Of a stretch of DNA of 14,836 bases, positions 8,760-14,836 are shown one piece after another. The stretch comes from Amoeboradix gromovi X-113 (Eukaryota; Fungi; Sanchytriomycota), in the NCBI GenBank assembly GCA_018985225.1, contig JADGIF010000204.1, forward strand, positions 1 through 14,836. The letters run 5' to 3'. The notes below the pieces were generated by a model. It saw only the letters and a program-made list of their open reading frames with translations, had not been told where the DNA came from and made no database searches. Numbering within the stretch: position 1 is the stretch's first letter; every line of letters begins with the position of its first letter. Both the position numbers and the translations under genes were made by a program.

Positions 8760-10134
8760 TTGGCATTAAGGCTAAATTCTACAAGATGCATGAGACCTGA
8801 TATGACATTTTGGCCTCATCGATATTCAAACAGTCTGCTCATATATCAATAAATACTTTTTCTTAAATGCTATTACAATATGGCACGAATCTTAATGCTC
8901 CTATTCTTTATGAGCGACCCAAAATAGTACAACTTGTAATAATTTGTTGTAGCATCTGCAAGAAACCTAGATGGAAGGGTATGAATTTAGATGCTGCGAT
9001 TCATTTGGCATACCTATTATATACATCAATAAAGAACTCTATTGAGTGTAGTTATGCCAGTTTCTTGTTGCATCTCTCATGATAAAGTTTAGCAACTCCG
9101 AAATTTGGAAATTTCTACCTTCTATAAAATAAGCGCTCCCAAGACATTTCTATTTTGTTCAAATACGAGCAAGTCGATCGAAATCAGAAATTGAAATGAG
9201 ATGAAATCAGCATCAAGTAGGGACATTACTTGTGAAAACTTGTATAATTAATTTCATCATTTACTGATTTCAAGAAACAATTTTGACCATTGTGGATATG
9301 TTAAGGTTTTTAGCGTCTCATGACGCCATTTCTTGAAAAAACAGACATCATCGTCACCGTTGATATTTGGCATTTCCATTTCTATTAATTTAGCACACTC
9401 CAATGCCAAATACAGCTGCAAATATGGTTGTGATCTGAACAGATGCATTTATTTGTTACTAAACCAGTTTTAAATTAGTGACCTAAACGCCATTCTTAGA
9501 ATCAACCACTTGCTTTACTGGCAATTCTTTTAAATAATAGACAACATGCCTGTGGGATATTCTTCTCATCAAGAATGTGATCTGAATCCTCTGGTGCCAC
9601 GCTTATTCCGTTAAGCATTGTTTGTAATGATATGGGTGGATTAGCCCACGCAATTGAATCTGATCTTTTTAAATATACTTTATATAATCAAAATCACCGG
9701 CGTTTTCATTAGATTTCTCGTGCTTGTTTAGATTTCCAATATCAAATACAATAGGTAGCATATTACCATAAATCCTGATCATGGCCCTGTTAACATCGAT
9801 GGCTCCTAAAAGTTTTTCTTTTTATCTTTTGCTTTTGTTTTCCCATTATCTCACCATTGACAGCTTCAAACAAAAATAACTGTGGTAAGTGGTCCATGAA
9901 TTTCTTTTTAAAATATTCAAGTCTTTGGATTCATTTACTGAGGTCATCATCCCTGTCCAAGTGTTGATTTTTGCGCTTGTGTTCTGCAAACTTTTCTGCC
10001 GTAAACCCAAATGTGAATTTCTTAAATAAATCATAGTTCTCTTCAATTTTATTGGCGTATTTTATAAAACATTTATGGAAGATGGTTCAAATGTAATGCG
10101 TGTGGTCACGAAGATCATAGAGATATTAATCCAG

Positions 10135-10154
10135 GTATTGTTTTATTAATGTAG
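10135..10154 (+). other. 20-nt GT-AG intron within the RuvC-III motif of relic C
   Basis: CCAG|GTATTGTTTTATTAATGTAG|GGAAAAATATG; exact removal restores NPGKNM, collinear with intronless relics B and D. Confidence 0.72.
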
Positions 10155-10187
10155 GGAAAAATATGCTTAAATGGCACTTACCCAAGT

Positions 10188-10250
10188 TGTCTACACTGAA
10201 GGAGTGTGGGATCTCGAAGTAATTTGAGAGCTTCGCATTTAACGTAGGCG
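10188..10250 (+). ncRNA. Putative omegaRNA scaffold 3' hairpin, copy C
   Basis: TGTCTAC/GTAGGCG; GAGTGTGGG/TTCGCATTT (several G-U pairs); apical TCTCGAA-GTAA-TTTGAGA closed by a GNRA tetraloop. Confidence 0.6.
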
Positions 10251-10540
10251 TTAACACTGATACATATTTGAAGAATGTTTCAGGATCTTTGAAAGAAGCA
10301 TTATCAAATAAAATTATGAAAATAAACTAGAAAGATCGATACTATTCACCTGGCTATGTTTTCTAACTCTTTAACCGGAAAAGTAGGAGGTGTCGCCTTA
10401 CATGTTGAAGATGCTTATGAGACAACATTGCAAAACATGGAGAAATGATTATATGATTAGTAAAATGCATTGCTAAAACTCTGTTTATTACAGTAAAGAA
10501 CACTTCTACTTGAAACAGAATTTGTTGAATTGCCTTCAGC

Positions 10541-12100
10541 TTATGGACTGGCTCCCCATCCAGGTTGTTCCACTGGTTCATTTTCTCCAGTGCTGAGATT
10601 GCTCTTGGATTTTTGGATGTTTGAGTTGCTGGATATATCGTTTTTCACTAAAATGTTTGGTGAAGACTCCTTTTTTTGTATCTTGTAAGAGGTATCGAAC
10701 TTTATACCGTGAAACACTTTAGCTGCCAGGGCTGATTTGCGCTTCTTTTTTTTGGGAAATGACTGGGGAAATTCACGCGGAGGTTTTTCAGCAGCATGTT
10801 TATCAGCTATAGGTCTCCGTTGCGATATTAACTGTATATCATTTTTAATCACGTCTTGATACTTGCGCTTGATTTTATTGATCGTTGTTTGTGCAGGTGG
10901 GACTAGTAGACTAGGACTGGTATCAACTTGAGATCTATCAGGACTGGCACCCCAATTAGATGGTTCGTTAGATGCCTGGATAGATAGCTTGTTATCATAA
11001 TTAAGCAGAGGACTAGCACCCCATTCTGAGTAATTTTGTTTAGCAACAGTTGGAGACGTGACTACAGTTGGTAAATTGACATTAACATCAGGACTGGGTC
11101 CCCACATAGATGCTGATTCAGATGGTTGGATTCTCTTATCAGCGCTTTTATCATTAACATCAGGACTGGGTCCCCACATAGATTCTGATTTAGATGGTTG
11201 GGTTCTCTTCTCAGCGCTTTTATCATTAACATCAGGACTGGGTCCCCAGCCGACGTCTATAGAATCTGGAGTGGCACCTTCAATTTCTGGTGACTGGCCC
11301 CATTGAAAGATGGGCTTGCTATTGACCTCGGGTGAAGCAACCGGTTCCTCTTGATGTTCTCTTAATATTGCTTCTTCCCCTGACTCAGTGTGTTCCGGAG
11401 CTGTAAATCTAGGAGTCTCTTTATACGCAGTAATGACAATAACAGGTTGCGTATGAAACGGGCAGGGACCCAAATTTAGTTCCCTGTGCACTTCTTTGGA
11501 GTCAGGAAAGAGATATGAGTTCCAAATATTAGCATAACGGTTGGTAATTACACCAGCCTGGTTAACTCCATCTCTAGACAGAATACTGCGTAGCACCTTT
11601 TTATCGTAGAAATCTACTTCATACATCCATGGTTTATTGCCCACTGCATCCTCTTCTAAATAAATTAATTTAAGATAAAAAGTATCACAAAGCTTCATTT
11701 CGTTTAGATACGAATAGATCTCATCTACATCAATCAAGTTGTCTACTATTGTATATTGCGATACCTTGGCAAAGCTTTTGTCCTTCTCTTTGAATGAACC
11801 AACAACAAGTGAATCTATTTTTTTAACTGCGAAAGTATATTCCTTAAAACCAGTACATTCGCTGGGACAAAAACAAGTAAAGTTATTTGCTGACGTATCG
11901 TTATTGATGATAGTATCTGGCAGTCTTTGAGCAGGTTCATTTAATCTAATCTCGCCTGGCTCTGGTAAAGACAAGTCAATTGTGCTCTTGGTTAAAGGTT
12001 TGAAGTTTTTATTCCTTTCAGAATGAAAATGCACTCTCTCAGCAAACTCGCATGGGGTTTTGTTACAGTGATCGTGTGGTTCATTGTAATTTAAAATCAT
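10541..12100 (-). CDS. Hypothetical protein (519 aa or more): globular N-terminal region (possibly SPOC-like) plus disordered tail with seven WG-x-SP motifs and a basic NLS-like stretch
   Basis: Long ORF; WGQSP, WGPSP x3, WGASP x3; PKKKKRK. The 5' end is uncertain because more exons may lie in 12100-12660. Confidence 0.8.
   Translation of the reverse strand: MILNYNEPHDHCNKTPCEFAERVHFHSERNKNFKPLTKSTIDLSLPEPGEIRLNEPAQRLPDTIINNDTSANNFTCFCPSECTGFKEYTFAVKKIDSLVVGSFKEKDKSFAKVSQYTIVDNLIDVDEIYSYLNEMKLCDTFYLKLIYLEEDAVGNKPWMYEVDFYDKKVLRSILSRDGVNQAGVITNRYANIWNSYLFPDSKEVHRELNLGPCPFHTQPVIVITAYKETPRFTAPEHTESGEEAILREHQEEPVASPEVNSKPIFQWGQSPEIEGATPDSIDVGWGPSPDVNDKSAEKRTQPSKSESMWGPSPDVNDKSADKRIQPSESASMWGPSPDVNVNLPTVVTSPTVAKQNYSEWGASPLLNYDNKLSIQASNEPSNWGASPDRSQVDTSPSLLVPPAQTTINKIKRKYQDVIKNDIQLISQRRPIADKHAAEKPPREFPQSFPKKKKRKSALAAKVFHGIKFDTSYKIQKKESSPNILVKNDISSNSNIQKSKSNLSTGENEPVEQPGWGASP
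11080..11248. repeat. Coding tandem repeat, 72-bp unit, about 2.3 copies
   Basis: Unit CATTAACATCAGGACTGGGTCCCCA... starts at 11080, 11152 and 11224; encodes the 24-aa WGPSPDVNDKSA.KR.QPS.S.SM repeat. Confidence 0.92.
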
Positions 12101-12700
12101 GGATAATTACGAACTCCAATCTCCTTGTAATAGTGGACTCCTCTTGAAAAGTCTTGGCTGGCATAGAATCAAGAATTTTTACAGGGAAACTTACAGAACC
12201 AATTGATCCATTGCATTAGTAACTGATATCATTGGAACTCTGAGGCAGCATTGAGTAAGGGTGTACATTTCAAGTAAATGCACCTTGCTGCAATATGTTA
12301 TACATAATTCCAAATGACAATTTATACATAGCGATCTCTCCAACTTGCTTTTCTTTAGAATTATACGCCTTGTATAATCTTGACTAATAAATTCTTGATT
12401 AAAATGTACAATTTTTCTTTCTGTCTCTTGGAAAACAATTTAGTTATCAAGGGATTTTACGGGTGTAAAAGAGTGTATTTTATATCACTCGGTGACTTCC
12501 TTGGACTCTGTATAGTCCTGTCTAAGATAATTTGAACAGGAATACCATGTGAAAGAATGATTACTCTGTTTTTCTTTCATTGGGAATTATAGTAAACGCG
12601 AATGTTATAACGATAAAACTAATCTGCTCAAGACAAAAGGTACATTTAGCGAAAACCATTTCCTGTTTTGGTAGATTCCAAGGATTATTTTTAGAAACTT

Positions 12701-13778
12701 ATGCTATTTGTTGTAATTGCTAGCGCCGTTCAAGTTCTAGTAAGTAAATTGCCGAAGGTTTTTGAGAAATACCATCAGATTAACGAGGTTATTCCTTATT
12801 ATGATGGCATTGAATCGGATGACAACTTGATTGTCATCGATGGCCTTGTAAAAGACGCAAATCATCTAGTACACAATTCAGCTCATCAAAACATGGTTAT
12901 TTTCACTTCAGAAAACAAGGTCATTAAGCAGTTTGTCACTGAATTAGGTATTGAATATGTTAGTCCCACAAGTATGAAAATAAATCATGACAATTACCAC
13001 AGTAGTTCGAGTACTATTCTGGGAAACAAAACACCTTCTTTCGATTACAAAGGACCATTATTGCACGGTACTAATAATATTTTGAGTTTTCCTTTGATTA
13101 CAGGTTATGTTGAAGACATTAAAGATCAGTATGTAGGCAGCCAATTGGAGCTTATTAGACTCGTGCAAACCCGAATAAACACCAGAATTGCTGTGCTACC
13201 AAAAGAGCTTCTAGATATACCAGAAGCAGCGCCTGTGATTAGTAAAGTTTTGGATTGGACTTTTAAACTGATTAATGTTTTAAAGATTAAGGTAGAGCAT
13301 TTCAAAGTAGATGATTCTGGCAATAAGATAAGTAATCAGCTGAAAGAATATAAAATTAAGGACAAAATTGTAGTTTTAACTAACTTAGCAAATAAATGCT
13401 GAATTGAGTAATTTAGACAAGCCATTCAAAATCGATGACTTGCAAGTTGAACTGATTATGCTGGACCCTTATATTCGCACCACTTTTGAATACAAAGAAA
13501 GCACATCCTCAACTGCCAAGTACTCTAAAATATTAACTCTGCCTGATCGCTATGGCTACTTTACGTTGCGAGTTTCTTATAAAAGATACGGATTCACATA
13601 TGCTGAGCACAAGGAACTTATTGTAATAAGACATTTAGCACACGATGAATATGAAAGATTTATTCCAAAAGCTGGCCCGTATTATTCTACCTATTTTGGA
13701 TTAACTGCAAGTTTGGTAGTTGTGTGCTTCTTTTGGTTATTCAAATTACCAGAAAACGCAACAAAAAAGAATCAGTAA
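12701..13778 (+). CDS. WBP1: Oligosaccharyltransferase beta subunit WBP1/OST48 (DDOST); join(12701..13369,13389..13778), 352 aa
   Basis: DDLQVELIMLDPYIRTT, LPDRYGYFTLRVSYKRYGFT, IRHLAHDEYERFIPKAGPYYS, C-terminal TM helix and KKxx ER-retrieval signal (KKNQ), N-terminal signal peptide. The two ORFs are joined in frame by removing a 19-nt intron (EYKIKDKI|QINAELSNLDKPF). Confidence 0.93.
13370..13388 (+). other. 19-nt spliceosomal intron in WBP1
   Basis: GTAGTTTTAACTAACTTAG: GT donor, CTAAC branch point, TAG acceptor; removal restores the reading frame of a conserved gene. Confidence 0.85.
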
Positions 13779-13864
13779 ACGATTTTTCTTTTATTAATAG
13801 AGTATAATTAAAGGTTTCGAAAAAAAACAATTCTTAACAAAACGTGTAACACTTACTCTTTTTT

Positions 13865-14328
13865 ATGTACACTATGCAATGGAAAGAGCTGTGAACCTTT
13901 GTTAATTTTGAGTTGAAAACATAATGCAGTGGTATTGTGCGAAATGGAAAGAATTCAAAATTTATCAGAGTTGCTTCAGTCAAGAAGGAATTCGATGTTT
14001 CTGACACGCATCCACGTTAGAATTTTGGTCTGCGTAGATTGCTGGTGTTTAAACATCCCATTTTGGCGCAACATCATCCATGGCTCAAGGATATGCCTGT
14101 AGAGTTCGTGATGCTGCATACATGGATTTCCAAAGAATGCCTCAGATGCAATCAACAATCAAGAGAAAGCGTACATTCAAGACGATTACAATGCATTGAA
14201 TGCGGTCATGAAAACCAAAGAGACATCAATCCAGGCAAGAATATGCTTAAATGGTGTCTCCACGAGTTGTCTACGCTTAAGAAATGTGAACTCTGAACTG
14301 TTTTAGATCTTCGCATTTAACATAGACG
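13865..14328 (+). pseudogene. Fanzor/TnpB relic D (frameshifted RuvC-II region, zinc finger, RuvC-III, right end)
   Basis: ORF 14039-14296 contains WISKECLRC...RRLQCIECGHENQRDINPGKNML (CxxC...CxxC plus RDxN). Upstream frames give TMQWK/AVNLC/KHNAVVLCEM/LTRIHVR, aligning with relic B TMNYE/TINSLC/KHPVILLPEM/LTRHENR. Ends in CTTCGCATTTAACATAGACG (14309-14328). Confidence 0.87.
14268..14328 (+). ncRNA. Putative omegaRNA scaffold 3' hairpin, copy D
   Basis: TGTCTA/TAGACG; AAATGTGAA/TTCGCATTT; apical TCTGAA/TTTAGA. Confidence 0.58.
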
Positions 14329-14836
14329 TAAGTTACTTAATTGGAACCATTGCTTCCTAAATAATCAGGAGTTTTCTCGGAGAGACTAACATGTCAATTG
14401 CTCTGTTACAATAGTTGCCCACTCTTCCGCACCCTAAAGCAAGATTTACTGCCTTGCAAATGGTACAGGAACTCCTCCTATAGGACAGTTCATGCGGAAG
14501 AGTATGTTCTTGATTGCTTCTTGAGGTATTTATGTTTAATATTCCAGTTGAGATGGTTTAGACATTTGCCAAGATAGAAAAATTAGATTTTTATGCAACT
14601 AGTAACTCTATAAGAAATTATGTTCAGGCGAAAGATTTCGTTTAATTATAATGTATCCTTTTATTCAATTAAGTACGATGGCTTTTGCTAAGTGTATTCT
14701 GGAAAGAATTTCAAAAACTTTGGGAAATAATCAAAACAATTTACTGAGAACTCCAAGACATCGCCTTAATGATGCTGATCATTATGTGTTTGCAAGATCA
14801 TGCTTGGCGTATAGGGTGATGACGCTATGCCGCTTA

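Larger units (their letters stand above)
10068..10250 (+). mobile_element. Fanzor/TnpB relic C (3' fragment containing a 20-nt intron)
   Basis: After removing 10135-10154 it reads NIYGRWFKCNACGHEDHRDINPGKNMLKWHLPKLSTLKECGISK*; ends in CTTCGCATTTAACGTAGGCG (10231-10250). Confidence 0.82.

Noticed and set aside
8760-10050. Short ORFs (8867-9082, 9257-9448, 9846-10046) and a possible RuvC-I remnant (LNIDEA, near 8830) upstream of relic B
   Set aside because: Similarity is too weak to assign; probably decayed sequence.
11058-11930. Plus-strand ORFs 11058-11306 and 11739-11930; also the 72-bp repeat as a possible CRISPR array
   Set aside because: They are antisense to the 519-aa gene, and the repeat has no unique spacers and is in-frame coding.
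12101-12660. In-frame TAA codons upstream of the 519-aa ORF suggesting TAA=Gln recoding, or further tiny-intron exons
   Set aside because: WBP1, SulP and the B'' gene end in TAA and the long ORFs lack internal TAA/TAG, so recoding is unsupported. I could not build a consistent GT-AG exon chain by eye.
14395-14580. Short frame containing TVHAEE, like a deaminase HxE motif
   Set aside because: No downstream PCxxC and the frame is short.

Overview
AT-rich, gene-compact eukaryotic DNA using the standard code, most likely from an early-diverging fungus or related opisthokont (inference from the WBP1 motifs and GT-AG introns). Host genes: a small secreted protein, a divergent PP2A B'' regulatory subunit, a bacterial-type SulP/STAS anion transporter, a 378-aa orphan, a 519-aa protein with seven WG-x-SP motifs, and WBP1/OST48 split by a 19-nt intron. 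The main hidden signal is four diverged, decayed copies of a Fanzor/TnpB-like RNA-guided nuclease gene (about 6.2, 8.3-8.8, 10.1-10.25 and 13.9-14.3 kb); the ORF track shows only part of one in the correct frame. Each ends in the same ~20-nt terminus (consensus CTTCGCATTTAACGTAGGCG), which closes a long hairpin whose pairing is kept across copies, as expected of an omegaRNA scaffold, and is followed by a different flank (candidate guide). One copy has a 20-nt GT-AG intron inside the RuvC-III motif. A MITE with 28-bp TIRs and a second end of that family are also present.
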